Origin: Felis catus
Taxonomy: Eukaryota
Assembly: GCF_018350175.1 (NCBI RefSeq)
Contig: NC_058368.1
Coordinates: forward strand, 139,006,001 to 139,070,000
Length of the DNA: 64,000 nucleotides
Direction: 5' to 3'
Below, piece by piece: positions 1-12,769 of the stretch. How positions within the stretch are numbered: the stretch's first letter is position 1; the number at the start of each line of letters is the position of its first letter. Under the pieces are notes generated by a model. That model saw only the letters and a program-made list of their open reading frames with translations. It had not been told where the DNA came from and ran no database searches. The position numbers and the translations under genes were made by a program.

Positions 1-4
1 ATTG

Positions 5-131
5 GGGTGCCTGGGTGGCTCAGTCCGTTAAGCATCCGACTCTGGCTCAGGTCATGATCTCGCAGTTGGTGAGTTTGAGCCCCACGTCAGGCTCTGTGCT
101 GACAGCTCAGAGCCTGGAGCTGGGTTCAGAA

Positions 132-169
<38 letters not shown>

Positions 170-240
170 TGCCCCTCCCCTGCTCATGCTCTGTCTCTGT
201 CTCTCAAAAAATAAATAAATGTTATAAAAATATTTTTTAA
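5..240 (+). mobile_element. Felid SINEC with internal (GT)n
   Basis: ggggtgcctgggtggctcagtc head with tRNA-derived A/B boxes, CT-rich region and A-tail. Confidence 0.9.
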
Positions 241-942
241 ATGAAACCATTAAAGAACTCAAAAATACGCATTTAAGAAAAGCCTAAATCTGGAATCTGA
301 TTTCAAGGTGGCAAAGCCTCAAAGCCAAAGAAGGAAGACTCCATAAAGGAAAAGATTGAGGGAAAAGTTGAAAGCCTCTAAACAGGAGGGGGGAGAGGGA
401 AGAAGACCTGACAAAATAAAATAAAATGTTCCAGCTCATCATCCAAGTTAAAAGGCAAGTATCAAACCAGGAAAACACCGGCAACTCAAAGAGCAGACAG
501 AGATTACCATCGTCACTGCAGGACCGTCACTAATGTGAGGACACCGCGTGCGTGCTAACAGAATGCTCGCATCCCATTAGGGGCAGACGGGAGCTACACC
601 CCTGAGCACTTTCTGCGGAACAGTTGGGACAGCACATATTGAAATAAAGTCTTAAAGATAAAAGCTCATACACTTTACTCCAGTAACTCTACTTCCCAGA
701 AAGATTCAGAGAACTATAAAAACATTTTTGCATGAAGATATCTGCCATAGATTATTTCTGGTAGTGAAGATCTCTGAAAAATTTAAATGCCCGGGAAGGA
801 ACTAGTTCAGTAAAAATGGTCTAGCCTTCCAGACTCCTATTTTAAAAGGATACTTAATTAAAGAAAAAAGGTTCCTGGTGTGTGAACTGACAAAACAGCA
901 TAGAGAGCATGATTATAATCTTATAAAAAGAAACATACGTTA

Positions 943-1170
943 GGGGCACCTGGGTGGCTTAGTCGGTTGGGTGTCCACCTTCGGCTCAGGTCACGTTCAC
1001 CGTTGTTTGTGAGTTCGAGCCCCGCGTCCGGCTCTGTGCTGACAGCTCAGAGCGTGGAGCCTGCTTCGGATTCTGTGTCTCCCTCTCTCTCTCTGCCCCT
1101 CTCCTGCTCATGCTCTCTCTCTCTCTCTCTCTCTCTCTCAAAAAAATAAATAAATAAACATTAAAATAAA
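943..1170 (+). mobile_element. Felid SINEC
   Basis: ggggcacctgggtgg head, (CT)n, A-tail. Confidence 0.9.
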
Positions 1171-2137
1171 AAAGGAAAAATACGTATATGAACGGTGAGA
1201 GGTAACAACTAGATATAGTTACAATTTTTCGATTTTCGTCTAGTAATTTGCTGTGTTTTGCAGACTTCCTAACCTAAATAAGTAACGTGCATGTGTTTGG
1301 TGGTGCCGGTTCCGGTTCCGGGAGAACCATCCCCCTCCCCCACCATACATACACATGTTTAAAACATCTTGTTGGAACCCCACAAAGGACTATAAAATCG
1401 AGACTACGCAGGTGGGTTCCCAGCTAAGCTTTCTTAATGAGAAATCGGGAAGGGTGCATAGCAAGTTTGATGAAATCATTTCTTCATAAAGCTGTAAATA
1501 TCACAGAAGACACATAAGAACATAAACGGCTGCGTGATCAAAGACCCTGTGGAACACATCCACTAGGAGTGAAGGGAAATTTATAGGCCGAATTCTTCCT
1601 CTTCAGCCAACTCCCTGTGAGTGTCCAGTTTAATGACTGTTTAAGTTATACCCGCAATTTTCTGAACCATTCACTTACTTTTCAAGTTTGTAAACCAACA
1701 CATCAACAATTCCCAATCAATGGGATAGCATTTCTCCAGGGAGCTATGAACATATACCTTGCATTTTAAATGTAATAAAAAGCATGACTAAACATGCCTC
1801 TGTTCTTTATAACATAGAAGTACAACATCTGGTCATAAAAAAAAAAAATGCATTATACAGAGTTGTAAGGATGCCAGATACTTATTACAGAGAACTGTTT
1901 TATCCATTTAGCCCAATTTTCCAGATGTTTTATTACTTGGAGACAGGAGAATTGTTGAAGCTAGTGATTGAAGCCCATTTATTTCAGGGGGCTCCTCTGC
2001 AAGCCATAGGAAGCATTTCAGGGACAAGTAATTTATGACATGCTACAGGGCAATGCTTGAGGAGGGCTGTCATCTCATCTGGTCACAAAAAATCCCAACA
2101 AAGGGCAGAATACCCTATTTTAAAAACACCCAGCTTC

Positions 2138-2382
2138 GGGGCGCCTGGGTGGTGCAGTCGGTTAAGCGTCCGACTTCAGCCAGGTCACGATCTCGCGGTC
2201 CGTGAGTTCGAGCCCCGCGTCAGGCTCTGGGCTGATGGCTCGGAGCCTGGAGCCTGTTTCCGATTCTGTGTCTCCCTCTCTCTCTGCCCCTCCCCCGTTC
2301 ATGCTCTGTCTCTCTCTGTCCCAAAAATAAATTTAAAAAAAAAGTTGAAAAACAAATTTAAAAAATAAATAAATAAATAAAA
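2138..2382 (+). mobile_element. Young SINEC_Fc
   Basis: Perfect target site duplication aaaaacacccagcttc; CpGs retained. Confidence 0.95.
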
Positions 2383-2688
2383 TAAAAACACCCAGCTTCA
2401 TTTGCAAAAAAAAAAAAAAATGCCTCTTAGGCAAGCACTTGGTTGTCATTTCACATGCAAATGTTATGCACGTAATTGCAGCAATTTCCATAATAGTAGG
2501 TCAAGTTGACAGTGACAATGAAAATGGCCCAGGTTGGCTGTGATCAGAGGCCTGGTTCTCATTGTCTACATGCAGCAAAAGTCTCACTCAGACCAGTTGG
2601 AAGTCTTGTCCTCCTAAAGACAACGGGATCAGGTTCACCAGGAGCAGGTGTCACTTCCCCTGTCTTTTTTACCAACAAGTCCCCATCC

Positions 2689-2690
<2 letters not shown>

Positions 2691-2727
<37 letters not shown>
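2691..2727. repeat. (CA)n microsatellite
   Basis: About 18 perfect CA units. Confidence 0.95.
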
Positions 2728-2728
<1 letters not shown>

Positions 2729-4436
2729 GGCTTGCAGAGCACTAGCCCTGGAGCATGCGTGGAGCTGGCCCTACCTGTCAATCAAAGTAGGATTTTGAAG
2801 GGGGAGTGGAATCTTTTTTAGCTTCCCCTCTCTCAAGTTAGCATCCCTGCCTTTGTTTTGTACTCAGGTAGGAAAAGGCTGTCAGGCATCTCACAGATGT
2901 GTTCTCAGGCTAAAAGGGCCACATTGCAGACCGATCTCTGTCAATGTGTCTACAAGCAAGTGTTAGGCAATTTATTTGTTGTTTTTGTTATTCTTGTAAA
3001 TGCTGGTAGCCTCTGGTATGACATACAGTGAGGTCTGTGTATCCTCTCCTGGACAACTTTGCTACCGTGTGTTTGATGACAATGAAAGGGAGCCTGAGAC
3101 CAAATTCTGCTACATGTGCCAGTGTTTATTGACCTACTGGCATCAAAATGATCAGACGGTCCATTCTGGTGAGTTGGGGAAAGGTCCCATCTCTCTTCAG
3201 GCGTTCCAACTAGCTGTTTGCTTGAGAGGTTCTCTCCAAGGAGGAACAATAAATATTTTTACATCAGGATTAGCCAAATTTCTAATTGGGTCAGGAAACA
3301 GGCCTTGGGGACCAGGCAGAACACAGGGGCACGTCAACATCTGGGAGTCAAGTGCTGCGTCAGAGCTTTGGGACTGGGCTTGCTGGCTTCTCAGGTGAGG
3401 GCACTAGGGCGAGTATAGTCTTTCTAGTCAGCCACAGTTTTCATTCTGTATGTCACCAGTGGGAAATCATTCCAATTGTTCCTTATGCTAGTCAACAAGC
3501 ATTCTCTCATTACATTTCAAACAACAATATTCAAATCTGTAGTAGTTCTGGGGTATATCTTCCTGATTAGGGTACTTCGGGGACTCACTTGTCATCGCTA
3601 AGGTGTGGCTTTCTGATTAGGGGCCCTCAAATGCTAACTGTTTCCACATGCATCACACTGTTATATACTGGATCATATTGAGCTAAATTATCCCCAGTTA
3701 TTTGACGTCCGCTATCCACAAAGGGCAGAATGAGAAGGGACAAAGGTTCTCAGAGGACAGACTCCTGTCTTATTGCCCCACAAAGGGGCGGAGCCTGGCG
3801 CTTTGATATCCAGCCATAAAATGTCTTGACTGTGATCCCCTTGGAGGCCGGACCCAGCACAGGCAGGGTTACCTCATGGAGACAGGGATCAGTTACGGGG
3901 GGAGGGGGCGGGGCGGCAAGTGGTCTCAAGAGCGGCTGCAACGTGTCTCTTCCAGCAGTTACTCTTGTTTTTCCTCTTTTGCACACTTTGTTCTTTGATT
4001 TTGAATTCTGCTTGGCACTTCTCAGTCCTCATTCTGTTTTCTTCTTTAAAACTCCTTTATAACTTCTTACTCAACTTCCTTCTAGATTGCGGGTTGTGGG
4101 GGGGGGGGGGGGGGGGACACAGCTCTTCCAGATTCAGGCTTCAGCAGCAGAGGCTGCCACTTTCGTCACCAACTAAGAGCGTTTCTTTCTTTTCTTTTTT
4201 AAGTTTGAGCCAGCCAGGCGCTCCTAGCGGCTAAGAGCGTTTCAGAGAGGCAGCCTACCCCAGTGGGAAGAGACCAGAGACGGAGAACGTGTGGTTAGGC
4301 CAAATGGAGTTCAAATCCCACCCCTCAAACTTCCTCATCTGTAAAATGAGCCTCAATTTCTGTACCTTGTCATAAGGATTTCAGAGACTGTGTGTAAAGA
4401 TTCTGATAAAAGCAGGGCTTTTAAAACGATAGCTCT

Positions 4437-4967
4437 GGGGCGCCTGGGTGGCTCCACTGGTTGGGCGTCTGACTTTGGCTCAGGTCGTGATCACATGGTT
4501 TGTGAGTTGGAGCCCCGTGTCAGGTTCTGTGCTGACAGCTCGGAGCCTGGAGCCTGCTTCGGAGTCTGTCTCCTTCTCTCTCTGCCCCTCCACAACTTGA
4601 GCTCTGTCTCTGTGTCTCTCAAAAAATAAATAAATGTAAGAAAAAAAATTAAAAACAAAAACAAAAACGGTAGCTCTTAGGCCCCAGGAGCCTCTTGCTG
4701 TGAGCAGAGCACCCGTAGGGACACATGCACACAAAAGTCAGGATCAGGGGCGCCTGGGTGGCGCAGTCGGTTAAGCGTCCGACTTCAGCCAGGTCACGAT
4801 CTCGCGGTCCGGGAGTTCGAGCCCGCGTCAGGCTCTGGGCTGATGGCTCGGAGCCTGGAGCCTGTTTCCGATTCTGTGTCTCCCTCTCTCTCTGCCCCTC
4901 CCCCGTTCATGCTCTGTCTCTCTCTGTCCCAAAAATAAATAAACGTTGAAAAAAAAAATTTTTTTTT
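4437..4967 (+). mobile_element. Two neighbouring SINECs (4437-4662 and young copy 4747-4967)
   Basis: Target site duplications aaaacgRtagctct and aaaagtcaggatca. Confidence 0.92.
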
Positions 4968-5429
4968 TAAAAAGTCAGGATCAGGCAGAGGTAACTAAAC
5001 TGTAATTCATTAAGTATTCTAATTATCTTTAATCTTGAGTAATTTAATCTATAAAGGATTGAATCTCATCTCATTCTTTTTTTAATTGTACACATTTTTG
5101 AGTGCAGCAAATAAGGTTGAACATTTGTCCATATGTTCAGTAACTGAGTGCGTTTCCTTATTTGGACACATGGCCTCTGGCAATTTTTCTTTAGAATGTT
5201 TATTGCTCTGCATGATGCCATTAGTGGCTGTATTTGCCACAATGTTTTTTAAAGTTCAAAGAGCACCTTTTGTTTTGGATTACTTTTCTGACATGCAAAA
5301 GTTTAATACTTTTTTTCTAAACTACTGATTTGTTTCCTTTATGAGCATCACCCAAATCTAAGCTAAAAAGGAGACAGTCCTCCCTCTCCAAAGATTTAAT
5401 CAATATTCACTCTCAATTTCTCCTAAGCT

Positions 5430-5651
5430 TTTATTTTTTTTAATGTTTTTTAATGTTTATTTATTTTTGAGGCAAAGAGACAGAGCAAAGCGGGGAAGAG
5501 GTAGAAAGAGAGGGAGACACAGAATCCAAAGCAGGCTTCAGGCTCTGAGCTGTCAGCACAGAGCCCGGCACGGGGCTCAAACCCACGAACCATGAGATCA
5601 TGACCTGAGCTGAAGTCAGATGCTGAACCGACTGAGTCACCCAGGCACCCC
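5430..5651 (-). mobile_element. SINEC inserted in an old antisense L1
   Basis: Reverse-complement SINE; duplicated ctcaattt..tct..ag flanks. Confidence 0.88.
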
Positions 5652-6424
5652 TCAATTTTTTCTAGGTTTTTGAAACTAACTTCATCAATACATCTGGAAT
5701 TGATTTTGGGAAGGCTGAGATAAAGACCTGAATTGATTTTTCCTCCAAGCTTATCAATTATTCCTATACCATTTATTGACAATCCTTTTCTGCCTTAATC
5801 TGTGATACCTTCTTGACAGCATATATTAAATTCTTACATCTAATAAGGTCCACATCGGGGCCATCAATTCTGTGATATCAACCTGTTTGCCTCTTCCTAG
5901 AGCGACACCCCACTAACTGCAGAATGTTAATAAGCAGAGTTGGGGGTTGGGGGCGATGAAGGGGGCCAAGGAGGCTGGCAGAGAAGAGAGGGAAGGACTT
6001 CCGGGGCAGACAGTGGCATTGGAGCATAAATAGGGCAAAGGGGAAGGTCGAGGCCTCATAAAAGGGTGAACAGTAGATACCTCAGTTTGGCTGGAGTTGA
6101 GGGAAATAAGGGACTGGGGGGAAGAATACATGGGAACGCAGAAAGGGATGCGAAGTGTGACGGGCTGGGGCCCCAGGTCAACAAGAAACTGCCCTGTGTA
6201 GTGCTATAAGGATATGTAATTCGGGAACGCATCTGATTGCTGTCCTTAAGAGCTAAGGAGGTGCACAGAAACACTGAAGATAAAATGCCAGCTGTAAGAA
6301 GGGGTGACAATGCCACAAGAGCATCCTCAACAAAGGGCTCCAGGGCCATGAGACTCATCCTACCCAGATGTGGCCTCACTTCTGCCAAATCTCCGGAGGA
6401 CTAGAAACAATCCTACATGCTTAC

Positions 6425-6980
6425 CACCCGATGAAGGGTAAAACCAATTGTGGTATATCCATACAATGGAGTATGACTCCGCAATACATAGGAATCAACC
6501 ACTGATACATGCTACAATATGCATGAATCTCAAAATAATTATGCTGAGTTAAAAAAAAAAAGGATCAAAGAAGAGAACATACGGTATGATTTCTATAAAA
6601 TCCTCGACCATTCAAACTAATCTATGGTGATAGAAAGCTGATCAGTTGTTTGGATGGAAGATGAGGTGAAGGGGGGCCAGAGTGGGGAGGACAGGGCAGG
6701 AGGAAGGGGTTGCAAAAGAGCCAGAGGAAACATTTTGGGGTGGTAGATATGTCCATTATCTTGATTGTGGTGATGGCTCCACAGTTACATAAAAATTACT
6801 AAATTGCACAAAGTGTGTGTGTGTGTGTGTGTGTGTGTGTTTATAATGTCAGTCACATATATATATATATATATACACATATATATATAAAATGTCAGTT
6901 ATATATATATATACACATATACAATTATATATAATTACATATATATATTATATGTCACTTATATATTCAATAAAGTTGTA
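6425..6980 (+). mobile_element. Old L1 (L1M-type) 3' end fragment with (GT)n/(AT)n expansions
   Basis: aattgtggtatatccatacaatggagta...ctgatacatgctacaa...tgaatctcaaaataattatgctgagt is typical L1M ORF2-end/3'UTR sequence; ends at caataaag. Confidence 0.75.
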
Positions 6981-8814
6981 AAAAGATTCCTAAACTCCCA
7001 AGATGAGCTTGGTACACAATGAGGCTGTGAACCCCTAGATATTTGAGCTGCTTCCTGGTTCTCAGACTCTGTCTGTTCATGATGGGAGGGTTCGTGGTGG
7101 ACATCAGGGAAGTATTTTCTGGTCGTGGAGTCCAGCGCCTTCCAAAGTCCAGGTTGTGGCCACTCCTTTACTGTAGGTCATCCCTGACTCTCTCCTGGGA
7201 CTCAGGGCTGATGAGATCTGTGCGGTTTGCTCTTGTGAGTTTCCCCATCTGATCTGTTTCTGGTGTTGCAGTGGATGCGATGTTTGTTCTCAGGGCATAC
7301 CCCCACCCTAACCCTCTCTGGCCTCGTAGCGTGATGGGTTAACCCGTCAGATGGGGTGGCCATGCATTCCTCACCTCCCTGCCTGTGGTATACCTGTGGG
7401 CCATTTAGGCTACATGCCCCTCTGCTCAGATGGGGCAGCTCTCCAGGGCAGCCCATGGCTCCCTTATCTAACAGGCACGTCTTCAACAAAAGGAAACAGT
7501 TCCTGTTCAGTGCCCTCCTGGAGGCTCCTGACTGAGCTTTCTGGTCCTTCACACAGCGCACCACACAGTGCTTCATGCCAACACTGCCCACAGCACTTCT
7601 GCGAGCTCCAGCTGCCTTCGAGTCCCAGTGAGAGGTGAACCCTCATTCCATGCCCTGTGTCAACCTCACGTTTTCTCGGTGATTCTTTTGGGGTCTCCCA
7701 GCGTCTGAAGCAACAGACGACTGAATGCCAGCCTCCAACCCCCAAGAACTTGGCTCTCCCCAGGAAGACAAACTGTCCCACCTCTCTCTAGACCTCGTCA
7801 TGTGGGAGGGCAGGGCAGGCGGACGTGTTGACCCAGCAGCGATGCCCTCCCAGGAGAGCCTGCCCCTGTTCACGCGTTTAGCTAGTGCCAAGTCTTCTTA
7901 CCTAAAGGACCGTCCTCTCGGTCTGCCTGACTCACTGACATGCATCCAATTAAGCCCCTTTGCCATTACAGTTCCCAGTCCCACCCGGTTCAGATAGCCG
8001 CATCGTGACGTCTCACATACCAAGACAAATTGTGGAGGGTGAGAGGAGGGTAAAGCAGGGATGTTTTGGGGAAGAGTGGGAGACAGGCGGTTGCCAACAT
8101 GACCTTTACCCTCAATATGGAGAACTGGTTTTAGAAGTCTTCTGTTACCTTCTTGTGGATCTCAGTCTTTTGTGGCATCGCAGCAGCCTTTGGTCACCAA
8201 ATGTTTCCAGATGGATTTGGGGTTTTGTTTGTTTGTTTAGCATCTTGGTAGTCGGTCTGCATGAACAGATTAAATGAACAGCCAAGTTGTGTAAATACTG
8301 CTCATCAGTGGGGGAAGGCGAAGGTGGAGTGTTGGAGGAGAGAGTGAGCCTAGTTTCCCACCGGGCGGCATTGTTAATAGATAAGGGAGGGAGAGATTGT
8401 TTCTACAACTCATCTTAGCGAAACAGGAGGAAATACTTGCCAGTTGCCAGAGCAGATTTAACTCAAACCCTCGGGCCCTTCTGGAAGAGCCCAGTTTAGT
8501 ACTCGCATGCCAAATGGAGCTCAGCCTCCGTTTTCAGGACTGCGGTGACAGAATACACAAATATTTCAGGATTGTTTATGGATATGCCTTGAGAGCAGAG
8601 AAATGTGGTCAGAAGGAAGCTCTCCATCCAATATCAGGAGCTTCCTCCTTGCCACAGGCTGCTCATGCTTTTTCAGGAGTTAGGCTGCTTTGCCCACCTG
8701 TCTGCCCAGGTCTTGGGGTGTCTGTCCTCAACTAATTGTATCACCTTTCTGAGGGCGCTAAATTTGCTCACTCAGCACCCATCCATTTCAACCTCCTTCT
8801 AGTATGTCATTCTA

Positions 8815-9283
8815 CAGAGGTTTTTCTTGCTCTCTGAAAGTAGAACATTCCTATGAGAACTTTCCTAAGTCCAAATGGCATAAAGTGAAGAAGCAGTTAG
8901 CATTAACTTACGTGGAAAAATTGGGGGGCATTCCCAGACCCCCCAAAAAACCCCGTCTCTTGGCTTTTCTGATACCTTTCGAGAAAAAACACAGACCTCA
9001 CAGACACGTCAACCCTATGTGGGCTTGATGCGGAGATGCTGAGTGTAGTTCCCTGGGAAGGAGCTTGGTGGCGCCATTCTCGCTGCTGCTGGGGGTGAGC
9101 GCAGCCTCCATGAGATGCTCGCTGCAAAACAAACGCCGAATGCTGTTTTTGCTTTTCGCCTTTTTTCATAAAAGAGAAAATCCCCTTTGAATTTCTTTCT
9201 GTTAGTGACAATAGGTCCTAATGTAGGTCTCTCATAACAGCAAGTTGTCCGAAATGTGAACTTTCGAAAAGCGGGGACACCTG
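8815..9283. mobile_element. TcMar/Tigger-like non-autonomous DNA transposon
   Basis: Degenerate terminal inverted repeats (CAG..GCT..GAAAGT..ACATT at left; aatgtgaactttcgaaaagcggggacacctg at right), flanked by TA at both ends (8813-8814, 9284-9285). Confidence 0.65.
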
Positions 9284-9395
9284 TATTACACAGCCTAGAA
9301 ACTATCCTTGCTCTGAGATTCCATGTTCTTTAGTGTCGGCCCATTCACTGTGGTACCTTGAGAGCTGAACTCAGAAGTGAGTTAAGTGAAGACAG

Positions 9396-10249
9396 GGGGG
9401 CCTGGGTGGCTCAGTCAGTGAAGTCTCTGACTTTGGCTGGGGTCATGATCTCATAGTTGGTGGGTTTGAGCCCCGTGTCAAGCTCTGTGCTGACAGCTCT
9501 GAGCCTGGAGCCTGCTTTGGATTCTGTATGATCCCTCTCTTTCTGCCCCTCTCCCATTTGCTCTCTCTCTCTTTCTCTGTCACTCAAAAATAAATGTTAA
9601 AAAAAAATTTTTTTTAAAGTGGAGACAGAGACAGTGCATGAGGTATCCCTTTTACTGGTAAAGATTGGAGCTGAGCTGGAGGACTTCTAGAATTACAGCT
9701 GTAGTAAAGTCTTCTCCATCAGGCATTTGGCTCTCTAGTCACAAAGGAGCAGTTGCTGGAGGAAATTCGGCCAAGAGTCAAGTTATTCAGCTCTCACAAG
9801 ATTCTATGAGCCTCTGTACCTGCGGTTAATATCCTGTACTCTGATACCCTGTAGTTGATTTCTGCTAAAGCTAGCTGGAGTGGATTCTGTGCCCTACAAC
9901 TAAGCCTTGAATGACTAATAAATTGTCCGCCCACAAGCCTCAGTTAGAACTATAAATTTCCTGAATGCCTCTTCCCCCCTCACTCCCCATGGCTAATTGA
10001 TCCACAAATATCATCTAAATAAGTTGTTTTGTTTATTTTATTTTTTTTAACGTTTAGTTATTTTTGAGACAGAGAGAGACAGAGCATGAATGGGGGAGGG
10101 TCAGAGAGAGGGAGACACAGAATCTGAAACAGGCTCCAGGCTCTGAGCTGTCAGCACAGAGCCCGACGCGGGGCTCGAAATCACGGACCGCGAGATCATG
10201 ACCTGAGCCGACGTCGGACGCCTAACCGACCAAGCCACCCAGGCGCCCC
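9396..10249. mobile_element. SINECs at 9396-9615 (+) and 10031-10249 (-)
   Basis: SINE head and tail motifs; the second copy has target site duplication taaataagttgtttt. Confidence 0.88.
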
Positions 10250-10258
10250 TAAATAAGT

Positions 10259-10659
10259 TGTTTTAAAGAAAGAATTATTATGACACTTGCTAAAATGGTA
10301 AGGAAGACTTTATTCAAGACGATTGCGATAGGTGTCAAAACTACCAAGAGAGATTGGGATCAACTCTGAATACAACAAAGACAGCTATGGGTTTATGGGT
10401 TTATAGCCAACAAGCCAAATTGGGGGTGGGGGCATCACTGGATGGAAAATTACTAAAAGGAAACATCAGGAGTAGTAGAGATTCTTGCTAAACCAACCTA
10501 GCAGGGTTCTTGTCGAAGGAGGCCCGGGTGATGAGATATCAAGTGTGGGGGGATTCTTGGTGAATGGACTTACCAGGATTCTTGCTAGAACTGGGCTCTG
10601 CTAGGCAAGAAGGGGGCTCGAAAAGGCCTGACCAAAGTTCAAAGAGAGTCTCTTTGTCA
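10259..10659 (-). mobile_element. ERV1 solo LTR, MER31-like
   Basis: TG...CA ends; minus strand begins TGACAAAGAGACTCTCTTTGAACTTTGGTCAGGC, and the internal tggatggaaaattactaa...aggattcttgct motifs resemble the MER31 consensus as I recall it. Confidence 0.7.
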
Positions 10660-11199
10660 GTTGATAGATGAAAACGTGCTCAGCACAGGACAACAAGAGG
10701 CTGTACCAGTTCTCTTTCTCTTCCCCATTTTGCTAACATCTTAGGTCGGGCTGGGAGGGAGGCCAAAGCTCAGTGATTGAAGTAACTGAAGGTCAGGGTG
10801 CCCGGGACAGGGCCATACCAAGGAGGAAGTGATGCGGTCAGAGACCTGGGTGGTGACAGATTCTGTGCCATCGTGTGCATCGTGTTAGGGAACTTGCATT
10901 TTCTTCTAGGGGCAGTGGGAAACAAGCCCACTGAAGTGTTGTGAGGAAGGAAGTGACATGACTTCGTTTACATTTTACAAAGAAGATTTTGGCAGCTGTT
11001 TCCACTCGGTTGAGGTAGGGGTGAGGCTGGTGGGATGAACAGCCAGTGGAAAAATCTTTCCAGGCCAATCTACCTCATTCTTTTGTCATTTCTGGGGAGA
11101 AATTACAGGGGTGGAGAGGGAGAGGGATTCTATTAACATAAGCAATGAAAGAATGAAAGGCCTAGGAACATGCCTAAGAAATAAGAAAGTCCATGAAAA

Positions 11200-12715
11200 G
11201 TAGTCTATGAGACTCTGGAGACAAGCATAAAACAACTTTATAAATTAAGAGAAAGTATTTCCAAGCTGGAAGACTCAGTGATGTCAGTTCTCTCCCAACT
11301 GACCTACAAAATCAGTGCCATTCCAATTATATTCATTCAACAACTTTCCTGAACATTGGCAATCAAGCCTTTAAGTTTATGTGGAAGGAAATATGATTAG
11401 AAATGCCCAGAAGTCTTAGAAATAAGAACAATGTATATGTATGCCCTTCAAGATATCAAAGCATAATTCAAAATTACAGCGATTTAAACTTTTTTTTAAG
11501 GTTTATTTATTTTTTTTAAACATTTTTTTTTCAACGTTTATTTATTTTTGGGACAGAGAGAGACAGAGCGTGAACGGGGGAGGGGCAGAGAGAGAGGGAG
11601 GCACAGAAGCGGAAACAGGCTCCAGGCTCCGAGCCATCAGCCCAGAGCCTGACTTGGGGCTGGAACTCACGGACCGCGAGATCGTGACCTGGCTGAAGTC
11701 GGACGCTTAACCGACTGCGCCACCCAGGCGCCCCAAGGTTTATTTATTTTTGAGAGAGAGACAGAGCACGAGTCAGGGAGGGGCAGAGAAGGAGACAGAA
11801 TCCAAAGCAGGCTCCATGCTCTGAGCTGTCAGCACAGAGCCTGATGTGGGGCTCAAACTCACAAACTGTGAGATCATGACCTGAGGAGTCGGACACTTAA
11901 CTGACCGAGCCACCCAGGCACTCAAAATTACAATGATTTAAATAGCATAATACTTTAGCATAATACATAATACATGCATAATAGCATAAGAAAATGATTT
12001 AAATAGCATAGCACTTGGCACAGGGAAAGATACGTAGGCCCACAGAACAGAGACCCCCAAACAGAATGAACACATCTTGGTGCAAATTGTTTTAAAATTA
12101 CAGGAAGTATCTTAAATCCGTGAAGAAAGAATGGCCTGTTCAATAAATGGCCTTTTGACAATTGACTATCCATTTGGGTGGGAAAAAAGCTACAGCCTTA
12201 CTATGCACAAAGATAAACATCAGCTGGAGTGTAGTAACCTCCTTAAAAACAAAACTATAAAAGCATTAGAAGAAAATAGGAGAATTTTTATCATCTGTGA
12301 ATCCTAATCAAGTTCTGAAGCCGTAAAACGAAAACTGACATATTAAACCAAAAAAAAAAAGGTAAAACCAATTTAAGACAAAATAGCACACAAGATAAAA
12401 GACAATGGAGGGATGGGAAAAGATGTGTGCAATATACAGGAGAGATTATTATCTATAATTTAACAACCACTCATACAAATCACTAAAGAAAGAAAACAAC
12501 CCTAAGGATATGAAACGGCTCTTACTACAAGAATATGCAAAATGGCCATTTTTTTTTTCAACCTCGCAAGTAATAAAGGAAGTACAGACTAAAACCATTG
12601 ATAAAGTTGAAAACGATGAATAGTATTGTGATATGAACAGTCTCCTACACTGTCACCTGTTTTGGAGAGAAATTTGGCACCATCTATCAAAATTTTATTT
12701 GTATGCATCTTTTAA
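11200..12715 (+). mobile_element. Degraded old L1 ORF2 3' region interrupted by nested SINEs
   Basis: L1ME-like motifs: ggaagactca...atgtcagttctctcccaa, ctgttcaataaatgg, aatttggca..atctatcaaaattt. Confidence 0.6.
11490..11923 (-). mobile_element. Young SINEC_Fc (11515-11734) nested in the tail of an older SINEC
   Basis: Duplication aaggtttatttattttt on both sides of the inner copy. Confidence 0.9.
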
Positions 12716-12769
12716 GGTGTTGTTAATTTCTCACATGACAGTAGATTAAAAAAAAAAATCATTTTGATC

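Noticed and set aside
3000..3570. 132-aa ORF and overlapping ORFs
   Set aside because: No recognisable domain or exon structure; length is compatible with chance or old repeat sequence.
4097..4116. Long poly-G runs (also about 21586-21599 and 38335-38352)
   Set aside because: Simple homopolymers with error-prone length and no supporting context.
9060..9078. CTCF-like ggtggcgcc inside the Tigger-like element
   Set aside because: Only the 3' half of the motif matches; the CCASYAG part is absent.
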